Below are positions 23,637-35,379 of a DNA stretch of 64,000 bases, piece by piece (position 1 is the stretch's first letter; each line of letters begins with the position of its first letter). The notes under the pieces were generated by a model that saw only the letters and a list, made by a program, of their open reading frames with translations, made no database searches and was not told the DNA's origin. Both the position numbers and the translations under genes were made by a program. Origin of the DNA: Octopus bimaculoides (Eukaryota); assembly GCF_001194135.2 (NCBI RefSeq), contig NC_068984.1, positions 126,606,843 to 126,670,842 of the forward strand, in the 5' to 3' direction.

Positions 23637-24214
23637 ATGTATATATGCATACACACACAATGCACTCACACTCACTTCAGTAGCCTTTCTATTGGATAAG
23701 CATTGGTGCATGTATGCACGCATGTATTCTTCTCCAGTGCCCAATCCTGTTTTTCAGGTGTAATTGTGTCTCCTTATCAAGACATACATACACCCACATT
23801 TACACCTCCTTATATACATATATATATTGAGCCATAACTGCACTCATGCACATGTGTGTGCGCATGTGTATATGTGTATGTGTGTGTATAATAGTTGCAG
23901 TCATGGCTGTGTGGTTAAGAAGTTTGCTTCCCAACCACATGATTTTGGGTTCAGTCCCACTGTGTAGCATCTAGGGCAGCATCTTCAATTATAGTCCCAG
24001 GTTGCCCAAATACTTGTGAGTGGATTTGGTAGAAGGAAACTTGTGTGTGTGTGTGTGTGTGTGTTTGTATGTAGATATACAAATATATATGTATGCATAT
24101 ATGTGTGAGGGTGTGTATGCTTGCGTCTCCTTGTCTTGATATCACATGACAAACATAAATGAGTGTTACTGTCATACAAGTAGTGTAATTCATTTCCAGT
24201 ATGCTTGGAAAGAG

Positions 24215-24620
24215 GTGAGGGTTAGCTACAGGAAGGGCATCCAGTCATTGAAAAACTGTCCCAATCAACTCCTGCAAGCATGTGAAAGTGGATGCTAAAA
24301 CAATGATGGTGGTGATGATGATGATGATGATGATCATCATCATCATCATTTAATGTCTGCCTTCCATGCTGGCATGGGTGTGACAGTTTGACAGGAGCGA
24401 GCCAGGCAGAAACTTGCACCTGACTTCTGTGAGTGTTTTGGTAGGATTTTTACAGCTGGATGCCCTTCCTAACACCAACCACCCAGCAGAGTGAACTTAA
24501 TGCTTTTTATATGGCACAAGCACAAGTGAGGTCAATTTTGGCAAGGTTTTTTTTAGCTGGATGCCTTTCAAAATGGCAGCTACTTTACAGTGTGGACTGG
24601 ATGCTTTTTAAGTGGCACCT
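24215..24620. mobile_element. Two RTE-tail copies joined tail-to-tail at a (GAT)n/(CAT)n junction
   Basis: The plus copy ends at about 24333 in GATGAT; the minus copy begins CATCATCATTTAATGTCTGCCTTCCATGCTGGCATGGG. Confidence 0.8.
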
Positions 24621-24748
24621 GTACTAATAGGGTCACCAAGTAACTTGCAAGACAAAAATCTTTTGAGAGGAGAGAATGATTTTGTGTCAGAGAAACAGAA
24701 ACAGGTGTCTTGCTGTAGAAGAGGTACCAGGTTTATATATATGAATGA

Positions 24749-24779
<31 letters not shown>

Positions 24780-24860
24780 ATATATATATCATTCATGAAT
24801 TTGTGTTGCAAGACTCCTGATAGGAAATTGTGTGTTGAAACAGATATTGTTGTATTTTAG

Positions 24861-24964
24861 ATGGTCAATTTTGTTTTTTTGCCAAATAAACCCATGTACT
24901 ATGTATTTGTTCTTCACTCATTTACTACTGTTCTTATTCTAACTCATGTCCATTGTCTGAAGGA
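24861..24964 (+). CDS. Candidate signal-peptide-like coding exon
   Basis: Acceptor TTGTTGTATTTTAG|ATG and perfect donor |GTAAGT; open frame MVNFVFLPNKPMYYVFVLHSFTTVLILTHVHCLK+GA (phase 2). Caveat: T-rich DNA translates as hydrophobic by default. Confidence 0.4.
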
Positions 24965-25129
24965 GTAAGTGGAGCAAGAGTACACAGGAAGATGAAGAGT
25001 GTCACTGAAGAGGTCACAGATGTGTGACAAAAGATTAAACTAGTGAAGAACAAATATATAGTGCATGTGTTAATTTGGCCCCCCCCCCAAAAAAATGGCA
25101 ATCTTGAAATACAACAATATATATACATC

Positions 25130-25535
25130 TTTTTTTATCCTTCTATTTGTTTCAGTCATTAGACTGTGGCCATGCGGGGGCACTGTCTTGAAGAATGTTT
25201 AGCCAAATAGATTGACCACAGGATTTATTTTTTTAAACCTGGTACTGATTTCATTGGATTCTTTTGCCAAACTGCTAAGCTACAATGCTGTAAGCACACC
25301 GATACCTGCTGTCAAGAGGTTGTGGGAGCAAAACACAGACACAATCACACACACACACACACATACACATGTGCACGATAGACTTCTTTCAGTTTCCATC
25401 AACCAAATCCACTCACAAAGCTTTAGTTAACCCGAAGCAGTAATAGAAGATACTTGCCCAAAGTGCCACACAGTGGGACTAAACCCAGAACCATATGGTT
25501 GGGAAGCAAGCTTTTTATCATACAGCCATGCCTGC
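25130..25535 (-). mobile_element. CORE-type tRNA-derived SINE
   Basis: Colinear with 55631-56036. Confidence 0.85.
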
Positions 25536-25765
25536 ACCTATTATCATCATCATCAGTCTTGTTTAATGTCTGCCTTCCATGCTGGCATGTGTTGGATGGT
25601 TTGACAGGAGCTGGCCAGGTAGAAGACTGCATTAGACTTCTGTGTCTGTTTTGGTATGTTTCAACACCTATATATATTTATATATGTATAGTTTTGGCAC
25701 ACACACATACACACAGGTATGTTCCCACTGTGTTCTTGGGATATCCTATTGTTTTGATATTATGT

Positions 25766-25849
25766 TTCATCTGATGATTACGGTTTTTTGAAGTGATGTA
25801 ATGTACTCATTCTTCGATTAAAAAATGCATAAGAAACAGTTGTAATGAG
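25766..25849 (+). ncRNA. Type-I hammerhead motif with long helix II and palindromic helix III, inside a dispersed repeat (25714-25890)
   Basis: UUCAU-CUGAUGA-[UUACG...CAUAA, 55 nt]-GAAAC-AGUU-GUA-AUGAG; predicted cleavage after 25844. Confidence 0.6.
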
Positions 25850-25884
25850 CTGGTATTTATCCATCATCTGTTGTTATTTATTTG

Positions 25885-25949
<65 letters not shown>

Positions 25950-26545
25950 AGAGGCTTACTACAGTTTCCATTAACTCAATTCACTCACAAAACACTGGTG
26001 AATTCTGAGTGGTAGTAGAAGACACTTGCCCGTGATTCTGTGTTGTGGGACTGAACTCACAATCATGTGGCTGTGAAGCAAACTTCTCAGCCACACAGCC
26101 ATGATTGCTGCTGATGATGATGTATGTACATAGGTGTGAATGGGTATAGATGGTGTGTTGTCTATAAGTAACTGCATATAAATCTATATACACATGTAGA
26201 AGTGTATTAGTTTTCTCTCTTTGTGCATATATCTATATTTATCTGCCACTCTACCTCCACCTTCACTTTCTCTCTCTCTCTATTCCTCTCTCTCTCCTTG
26301 TATTCTTATATAGGCAGATAGATACACATATATAAATTGATCAATTCATCGATTGATTGATTGATTGATTGATCAATTCATCTAACCATCTATCTCATTT
26401 ATGCCAATATATATGTCCATGTACACATACATGCATGTGTATATGTATATTTCACTTGTACAATCACATGACAAGCACTTGTATCAATACACACTTACAC
26501 ATGCACAAACCCACCCACCTACACACATACATACATACATAACTA

Positions 26546-26591
<46 letters not shown>

Positions 26592-27009
26592 AATGCATGC
26601 ATATAAGTGCATCAATGTCTGTGAGTGTATATCTCTTATACTATTACATAACATAAACATATGTTAACACTCATGTGCAAATATATGCTCACTTATGTAT
26701 GAATATCTACACGCATATACCTCAGTATTTCTTTGTATATGCATGTGTAAGCAACTACATAGTAGAAAGTATAACAACCACATAGAAAGACATATATTAA
26801 TATATACATATAGTTACATGTATATAGACATACGTAATTGTATGAACACAAGTACATCAATATAAGTGTGAATAAATGTTGACAATTTCACAACATAAAT
26901 ACATACATATTAACACATGTGACTAGTTATACATGCCTATATGTGCATGTTGCTCACAAGAATACCAATGTACATAGATATGTATGTGTATTTACATGTT
27001 CTCATGCAG

Positions 27010-27119
27010 CCATTCTGACAACACAAGCAAGACAAGCCCTCTCATTAAGTCGTTGCTGAACAAACTGCATCTATCAATTTGACAACAATTTTCTCAAGAA
27101 TATTCTTATTCCATCAATG
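27010..27119 (+). other. Exon-like segment with stops in all frames (one TGA at 27080 in the phase-2 frame)
   Basis: Acceptor TTTACATGTTCTCATGCAG and donor ATG|GTAAAT. Confidence 0.3.
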
Positions 27120-27189
27120 GTAAATAAAGCATTGGTGATAATCTTTGTCGATCCGTCCTGATATTGATTATTACTTGTGAAATTTTGGT

Positions 27190-27760
27190 GACACAGCTTT
27201 CATTCGTTTCTCTGCTGTTAGCTTGTATTCTTTAAATTTACACATGTAGTAACTCAGCTTTCATCTGTCTCTCTGCAGTTAGCTTATATTCTTTAAATCT
27301 ACACATGTATTAACATAGTTATCACATGTGTTGTTTAGACTGCAAGGATATTATGTCTTAAAATTTAAACATATAATATATAACAAAGCTACCTTCTACA
27401 TCAATCACACAAATGTATAGAGTGTCTTAAGATCTATATATGTTCTCTAAATCTTAGCATGTAGAGACGTAGTCTTCATATGTATTGTTTAGATAACAAA
27501 ACTATAATGTCTTACAGTCTTCACATGTGTTGGTTTACACAGCAAGAATATTTTGTCATAAAATTTGCACATATAGAAAAAAAAGCTACCTTCTACATAC
27601 ACTTACACAAATGTATGGAAATGTATGTTCTTCAAATTTAGACATGTTGTAACATAGTCTTCACGTGTGTTGTTTACACAGCAAGAATATTATGTGCACA
27701 CATATTGTTGACACAACTTTAGAGAATATCTTCTAATCTACATACATAGTGATACTGCTT
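27190..27760. repeat. Degenerate higher-order tandem array
   Basis: 61-bp duplication (27194, 27255); AAGCTACCTTCTACAT...ACACAAATGTAT twice; AGTCTTCAC(A/G)TGTGTTG(G)TTTACACAGCAAGAATATT-like units three to four times. Confidence 0.7.
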
Positions 27761-28100
27761 CCATAAGTATTGTTAACAGAGTTAGATGAAATATCTTTAA
27801 ATCTACACACGATTACACCCCCTCTTCCTCCTCCTCCTATTCTTCCTCCTCCTCCTCCTCCTCATCATCATCACCATCATCATCACCATCATCATCCCCT
27901 CTCTGCCTCCTCCTTTGTTTTCCCATATTGCAAAGCAGATTTTCTACAGCTGGATATTCTTCCTGTTGCCAACCATCACTCATTTTTCAAGTAAGGCTTT
28001 TTTTTTTATTCCACTGCTCTTTGCACATCAAAACAGATGAAGCCACTGAACTATGTTTGCTGGACTAGTTTACTGGAGAATTTAAATAACATCACTGTTC

Positions 28101-28204
<104 letters not shown>

Positions 28205-28240
28205 GCAAATGAATAACAACTGATGATGGATAAATGCCAG

Positions 28241-28324
28241 CTCATTACAACTGTTTCTTATGCATTTTTTAATAGAAGAATGAATACATTACATCACTTC
28301 AAAAAACCGTAATCATCAGATGAA
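28241..28324 (-). ncRNA. Second copy of the long-helix-II hammerhead motif, inside element 28205-28442
   Basis: Core, helix I and helix III are identical to 25766-25849; the changes fall in the distal helix II and loop. Confidence 0.6.
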
Positions 28325-28681
28325 ACATAATTTCAAAACAGTAGGATATCCCAAGAGCACAGTGGGATCATGCCTGAAGCCAGCCAAAGTTGACCATGAA
28401 ATAAGCTGACATTTACCCATCATCTGTTATTAATCATTTGCTTCATTGGACACCCTGGAGTGTACCAAACAATGTATAATCAACACAACATGTACTTTGA
28501 ACCAGTCCCTAGGTACTTAATATTCGTAAGGGTGGTTTTCTCTGTGCGCACAACCTGAATATCCTACTGGATATTTAATCGACCATAGGTGGTGACCACA
28601 AATTTATCCAACCCTACCTGGTGCACAGTCTTTTAAGTACCTGATTCTATCAAGAATCATCATCATCATCATTATTATTAC

Positions 28682-28741
<60 letters not shown>

Positions 28742-29076
28742 CATATATGTATATATGCATCTTATATTTCTGTAACAGAATGCAATAAAGTGTTCCTCAG
28801 TGATCCATCGGAGAAGCATTACTTGTAGTTAGGCATCTAAACACATTTGAAGTATCCAATGGTGAGTTCTAAGTAACTGCAATGGTGAAACAATTTATAC
28901 CTGTGTTTATCTAAATTTTTCCCCACATATGCTCTGTATATCATAACTAAAAACACTACTAAGTACAGTAGTACACTAGATCAACTTAACACTATACTGG
29001 AAGCTGATTGGATAATGATAATCTATATGGAGCTCTAACTCATACTGTAGTAGTATGTCTAATTGTGGCATACACA

Positions 29077-29112
<36 letters not shown>

Positions 29113-29113
<1 letters not shown>

Positions 29114-30008
29114 TGCATTATATGGGGATTGGGCAATGAACGAAAGCCAGTGTCAACAGTGATTCCAGAAATTCCAAGCCAGAAACTACAGCCTAGAAGA
29201 TGAGCCTCGTCCTGGAAGATTTGTAGAGCTTGACGAGGACATCCTGCAAACCCTGGTGGAATAAAATCCCATCATAACAGTTGAGGAACTAGTAGAGAAG
29301 CTTGAATTTGGTCATTCAACAATTCGACATCTGCCTACCATTGGAAAAGTCAGTAAATTGGGTCAATGGGTTCCTCACAAACTTTCTGAGTCTAATCACA
29401 TGCAGAGAGTGAATGTGTGCTCTTCTTTGCTGTCACATTTCATGAATGAACCTTTTTTGGACCGAATAGTGACTGGTGATGAGAAATGGGTTCTCGATAA
29501 AACTGTAAAGTGCCAAAGACAGTGGGTAGGGTAAGAAGAAACACTGGCACCCCAGGCTAAAGAAGGTCTTCACTCATGTAAGGTGTTGTTATCTGTTTGG
29601 TGGGATATGAAAGGTTTAGTCCACCTGAACTTTTAAACCCAGACCAAGTGATAACAAAGGAAATGTACTGCGAGCATCTTGAGCAGCTTAAGTCAGCACA
29701 AGAAGCAAAATGACTATCTTTGGTTTCAAGACAAAAGGTGTTCTTCCATCAGGATAATGCTCAGCCATATATAGCGAGGATGACATCCCAAAGGCTGGAG
29801 CAGTTTGAATGGGAAATGATGCCCCACCCACCATATTCGATGGATTATCATTTATTCTGAAGTCTTCAAAATCATTTGGACAAGGTCAGAACAGTACTGG
29901 AGGAATATTTTTCATCACAGACAAGTGAATTTTGGACTAGGGTCCTTGCAAGTCTACCAGATAGATGGAAGAACATTGTAGAAGATGAAGGAGAGTATAT
30001 TTTAGATC
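29113..30008 (+). mobile_element. Near-full-length mariner transposase pseudogene
   Basis: SLEDEPRPGR, WVPHKL (29367), IVTGDEKW (29472), HQDNA (29747) and HPPYS. The PDLAPS region carrying the third catalytic Asp is deleted; several stops. Confidence 0.92.
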
Positions 30009-30014
30009 ACTGTA

Positions 30015-30190
30015 TTCATTGCCAACCCTCACCTTACTGGTAGCATCCGTGTACATTGCTTGTACTGCTCTCACTAACCACTTGTCTATCCCTAGTTTCT
30101 GCATTGACCACCAGATAAGGGATCAGGGGACCCAGTCGAAGTCTTTCTCCAAGTCTACAAAGGCCAAGTACAAAGGTTTATCTTTGGCTA
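30015..30190 (-). mobile_element. RTE RT fragment, same family as 32305-34172
   Basis: LAKDKPLYLAFVDLEKDFDWVP*SLIWWSMQKLGIDKWLVRAVQAMY. Confidence 0.85.
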
Positions 30191-30196
30191 TTTATG

Positions 30197-30280
<84 letters not shown>

Positions 30281-30334
30281 TGTACATACATAATTCATAA
30301 TTGTGTATGAATGAAGACAGTTACATCAAGAGGT

Positions 30335-30812
30335 GCTGATCTCTAATTGTAGAGGGAACATATGGAAGGGGTAGACCCAGGAATACATGAGATAAAGTGG
30401 TGAGAAAGGATCTTCAGACATTGGACCTCACAGAGGGGATGACAGAGGACAGAGACTCCTAGTGGTCTGCTGGCTTGAGAAGACATCTCAAGCTAAGTAA
30501 AAGCGTGGTTGTCCTTGCATAAAGGCATATCCCCTGCATCCCTCGTCAGCTGAGCATTCCTAATGTTGCAGGCTTGTGGGTGCTGGTGCCATTTAAAAAG
30601 CACCCATATTGGTGTCATGCAAATGCACCTGTGCTGGTGCAGCATAAAAGAACCCAGTACACTCTGTAAAGTGGTTGGTGTTAAGAAGGGCATCCAGCCT
30701 TAGAAACCATGCCAAAACAAGCAATGGAGCCTCTTCGGTTGGCCAGCACCTGTTAAACCGTCCAGCCCATGCCAGCATGGAAAACAGACATTAAATGATG
30801 ATGATGATGATG
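30335..30812 (+). mobile_element. RTE C-terminus plus 3' UTR and (GAT)n tail
   Basis: VEGTYGRGRPRNT*DKVVRKDLQTLDLT followed by the common tail module. Confidence 0.8.
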
Positions 30813-30823
30813 AATTTGAATAT

Positions 30824-30875
<52 letters not shown>

Positions 30876-31050
30876 CACACTACCTCTGGAAGACCATCAT
30901 GAAACCCAACACTGTCACTTCAAGACCACACCAATAGCCTTACAAAATAACCATATCCACATACAAAACCGTTGCACCACCTCTACAACAACCACAATGA
31001 TCAGCAGCACCACCACCACACCACACCACTACCACCACCACCATCACTTT

Positions 31051-31095
<45 letters not shown>

Positions 31096-31228
31096 AACTA
31101 CTACTACTACTATTGCATTGAAGCTGGAATCAATAGTTACATTTGTGAGTGATGAAAAACATAGCTGCCTTGACATTTCTGACTGGGTTTGTCTGTCTAT
31201 CTGTTTGTCTGTCCGTCTGTCTGTCTCA

Positions 31229-31305
<77 letters not shown>

Positions 31306-31728
31306 TCTTTCTCCATCTCTCCATATGTTCTCCTCACACTCTCATATATATAATTTATTATAAATAATGTGCATATGTATATATATATATATTCACATGC
31401 ATATACTCACACACGTATATATTGTGTATATATGTGCATGTATATGTACTTTTGTACGTATGTGTATGTACAGATGTTAAAAAAAGAAAATCAGAAATGG
31501 GCCATTATAAAAAGAAAACTGCTGATTCCTTGTCGCAACCATGATCCATCACTTTCACCATACACCTACAATGTCTTTGCAGCTTGTGAGCTTTTCTTTT
31601 ATCTCTGTTGTGGTTACACAGTGGCTGTGTAGTCATTATTTGAAAGTTTTGCTTACATTATCCATGATTTTAATAACAGCTTCCATTGTCATATGTGCGT
31701 ATGTGTGTGTGTGCACGTGTGTATGTAC

Positions 31729-31765
<37 letters not shown>

Positions 31766-32274
31766 GATGAGAGAGAAGACAGTTTTGCTGACTTCAACCT
31801 TCAATAAATGTCTGTTTTTATGAATAAATAGACATAATATATACATTAATATATNNNNNNNNNNNNNNNNNNNNNNNNNNNNNNNNNNNNNNNNNNNNNN
31901 NNNNNNNNNNNNNNNNNNNNNNNNNNNNNNNNNNNNNNNNNNNNNNNNNNNNNNNNNNNNNNNNNNNNNNNNNNNNNNNNNNNNNNNNNNNNNNNNNNNN
32001 NNNNNNNNNNNNNNNNNNNNNNNNNNNNNNNNNNNNNNNNNNNNNNNNNNNNNNNNNNNNNNNNNNNNNNNNNNNNNNNNNNNNNNNNNNNNNNNNNNNN
32101 NNNNNNNNNNNNNNNNNNNNNNNNNNNNNNNNNNNNNNNNNNNNNNNNNNNNNNNNNNNNNNNNNNNNNNNNNNNNNNNNNNNNNNNNNNNNNNNNNNNN
32201 NNNNNNNNNNNNNNNNNNNNNNNNNNNNNNNNNNNNNNNNNNNNNNNNNNNNNNNNNNNNNNNNNNATATATAT

Positions 32275-32304
<30 letters not shown>

Positions 32305-32306
<2 letters not shown>

Positions 32307-34172
32307 CATCATCATCATCGTTTAACATCTGATTTCCATGCTGGCATGAGTTGGACGATTTGACTGAAGACTGGCGAACCAGATGGCTGCACCAGGCTCC
32401 AATCTGATCTGGCAGAGTTTCTACAGCTGGATGCCTTTTCTAACGCCAATCACTCCGAGAGTGTAGTGGGTGCTTTTATGTTCCGCCGGCACGAGGGCCA
32501 GTCAGGCGGTACTGGCAATGGCCACGCTCAAATGGTGCTTTTTGCATGCCACCTGCACAAGAGCCAGTCCAGTGGCACTGGCAATGACCCCGCTCAAATA
32601 TTTTTCCACATGCCACTGGCACAAGTGCCAGTAAGACAACACTGGAAACGATCACACTCAAATGGTGCTTTTTATGTGTCACCAGCACGGAAACCAGTCA
32701 GCTGCTCTGGCAACAATCACGCTCAGATGGTGCTCTTAGTGTTCCACTAGCATGGATGTCAGTCATCGAATTTGATTTCAATTTCAATTTTACTTGCCTC
32801 GACAGGTCTTCGCAAGCAGAGTTTAGTGTCCAATGAAGGAAAGGTACGCATAAGTGGGATGGTTACACCCCTGGAATAGGCCACAGGTTATGATCTCACT
32901 TGGTTTGCTGGGTCTTCTCACGCACAACATATTTCCAAAGGTCTCGGTCACTAGTAATTGCCTTGGTGAGGCCTAATGTTCGAAGGTTGTGTTTCACCAC
33001 CTCATCCCAGATCTTCCTGGTCTACCTCTTCTACAGGTTCCCTCAACTGCTAGGGTGTGGCACTTTTTCACACAGCTATCCTCATCCATTCTCGCCACAT
33101 GACCATACCAGCACAATCATCTCTCTTGCACACCACATCTGATGTTTCTTAGGTCCAACTTTTCTCTCAAGGTACTTACACTCTGTCGAGTATGCACACT
33201 GATATTACACATTCAGCGAAGCATACTGGCTTCATTCCTTGCAAGCCTACGCATATCCTCAGCAGTCATGGCCCATGTTTCACTGCCATGTAGCATGGCT
33301 GTTTGTACACATCCATCATACAGTCTACCTTTTACTCTGAGCACGAGGCCCTTTGTCACCAGCAGAGGTAAGAGCTCTCTGAACTTTGCCCAGGCTATTC
33401 TTATTCTACACTTTCAGTGCACCCACCCCCACTACTGACTTGGTCACCTAGGTAACGGAAGCTATCTACTACTTCTAGTTTTTCTCCCTGGAATGAGATA
33501 GAAGTTGTTCTCTACACATTTTCAGTGTTTATTGCTCCTGAGCATCTGCCACATACAAAAACTAACTTCCTAGTTAACCTTCCTTTGATATTGTTGCACC
33601 TCTTATGTGTCCATAGCTTACACTGGATATATCTTATAGAATTTCTACCTATGCCTTTTCTACAGATCAAGCAGTGCCATCTACCTGAAGGGATTTGTGT
33701 TTTGTCTGCCTTCCTACTTATTAGGACTTTGGTTTTAGCTAGGTGTACTCTAAGGCCCTTCAATTTGAATCCTTGCTTCCACACCTGAAACTTCTCCTCT
33801 AGTTCTGATAGTGACTCAGCGATTAGAGCAAGGTCTTTGGCATAGAGGAGCTCCCAGGGGCATCCTGTCTTGAATTCCTGTGTTATTACCTGGAGGACTA
33901 TGATAAATAGGAGGAGGCTGAGGACTGAACCTTGGTGGACCCCTACCTCTACCTGGAATTCTTCACTATACTCGTTGCCAACCCTCACCTTACTGATAGC
34001 GTCTCTGTACATGGCTCGCACAGCTCTCACTAACCATTCATCTATCCCTAGTTTCCTCAATGACCACCAGATAAGGGATCAGGGGACCCTGTCAAAGGCC
34101 TCCTCCATGTCAACAAAAGCCAGGTACAGAGGTTTATCTTTGGCCAGGTATTTCTCCCGCAGTTGTCTGAGC
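32305..34172 (-). mobile_element. 5'-truncated RTE LINE (~1.87 kb) with RT, PHD-type finger, C-terminus, 3' UTR and (GAT)n tail; inactive
   Basis: LAFVDMEEAFDRVP, GVHQGSVLSLLLF, LYAKD (YADD mutated), C4HC3-like finger 33542-33673, FRYLG, WYGHVARM and GRPRKIW; frameshifts. Confidence 0.95.
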
Positions 34173-34353
34173 CAAACCCATAAATCAACGCTAACATGGC
34201 TCCTTGCACATCCAATTGAGCCAGTGCTGATTTGTGGGTTCAGTTCTAGCTGGTGTTAGCTCATCATTTTTCAGTCAACTGTTTAGATAAATGTCGCTTT
34301 CATTGGAGTATACATATTATTATTATGATATATTTTTATATAGTTATTATTGC

Positions 34354-34425
<72 letters not shown>

Positions 34426-34434
34426 GCATATATA

Positions 34435-34870
34435 TCATCATCATCATTGTTTAATGTCCACTTTCCATGCTGGCATAGGTTGGGTAGTTTGGTAGGAGCT
34501 GGCTAGGCAGAAGACTGCACCATGCTTCGCTGTCTGTTTTGGTAAGGATTTTAAGGCTGGATGTCCTTCCTATCACCAACCAATCTACAGAATGGACTGA
34601 TTTTTTTTTATGTAGCACCAGCATAAGTGAGGTCAGTTTGGGTATTGTTTTTTTTTTATAGTTGGATGCCCTTCGAAACACCAACCACTTTACAGTGTGG
34701 ACTGGATGCTTTTTACGTGGCACCAGCACAGGCAAGGCCACCAAGTAACTTGCAGGACAAAGATCCTTTGAGAGGGGATGTGACATTAGAGGCGATCTTG
34801 TGCCAGATGATGAAAGGTCAAAGTGTGACAAGGAGACAGAAAGAGGTGTCTTGCTGTAGAGGAGATACAT
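34435..34870 (-). mobile_element. RTE-tail-bearing non-autonomous repeat
   Basis: Common tail module plus an internal duplicated GGATGCCCTT...ACCAACCACTTTACAGTGTGGACTGGATGC block; similar copies at 24340-24730 and 45450-46050. Confidence 0.7.
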
Positions 34871-34878
34871 GGTTACTC

Positions 34879-34930
<52 letters not shown>

Positions 34931-35340
34931 GTGTGTGTGGTTAAGTGTCTCACTTCCCCTTTACATAATTTCAAGTTTAGACTCATAGCATGGTATCTTG
35001 GGCAGTTGTCTTCTGCCATAGCCCCAGGTTGGCCAAAGTCTTGTGAGTGAATTTGGTTGATGAAAACTGAAAGAAACTTGTCATGTGTGTGTGAGTGTGT
35101 GTGCATTGTTTGTCTCTTCGTTTAAATGACACTACTGCTATCATGGCAGCAATGTCATTTGTTTCCAACCGTCCATGAAAACATGTCCAGTCAAGGGGAA
35201 ATATTACCTTACTGGCAAACAGGCGAGGATTGGCAACAGGAATGACATCTGGCCATAGAATATCTGCTTTAATTAAGCTCCATATAACTTGTGCAAACAC
35301 ATAAAAGTGAACGTTTAAACTAGAAAAAAAAATATGTATC

Positions 35341-35379
<39 letters not shown>

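Noticed and set aside
24999-25050. CUGAAGA-G-GUCACA-GAUG-UGUGAC-AAAA, resembling a hammerhead with a perfect helix II
   Set aside because: G12 is missing and no helix III, UH site or helix-I partner follows; at best a dead remnant.
29113-30008. Domesticated or active mariner transposase
   Set aside because: Multiple stops and frameshifts, and the third catalytic Asp region is deleted.
30015-30812. Twin-priming 5' inversion of one RTE insertion
   Set aside because: The two pieces are far apart in the element, separated by microsatellites, and show no shared TSD.
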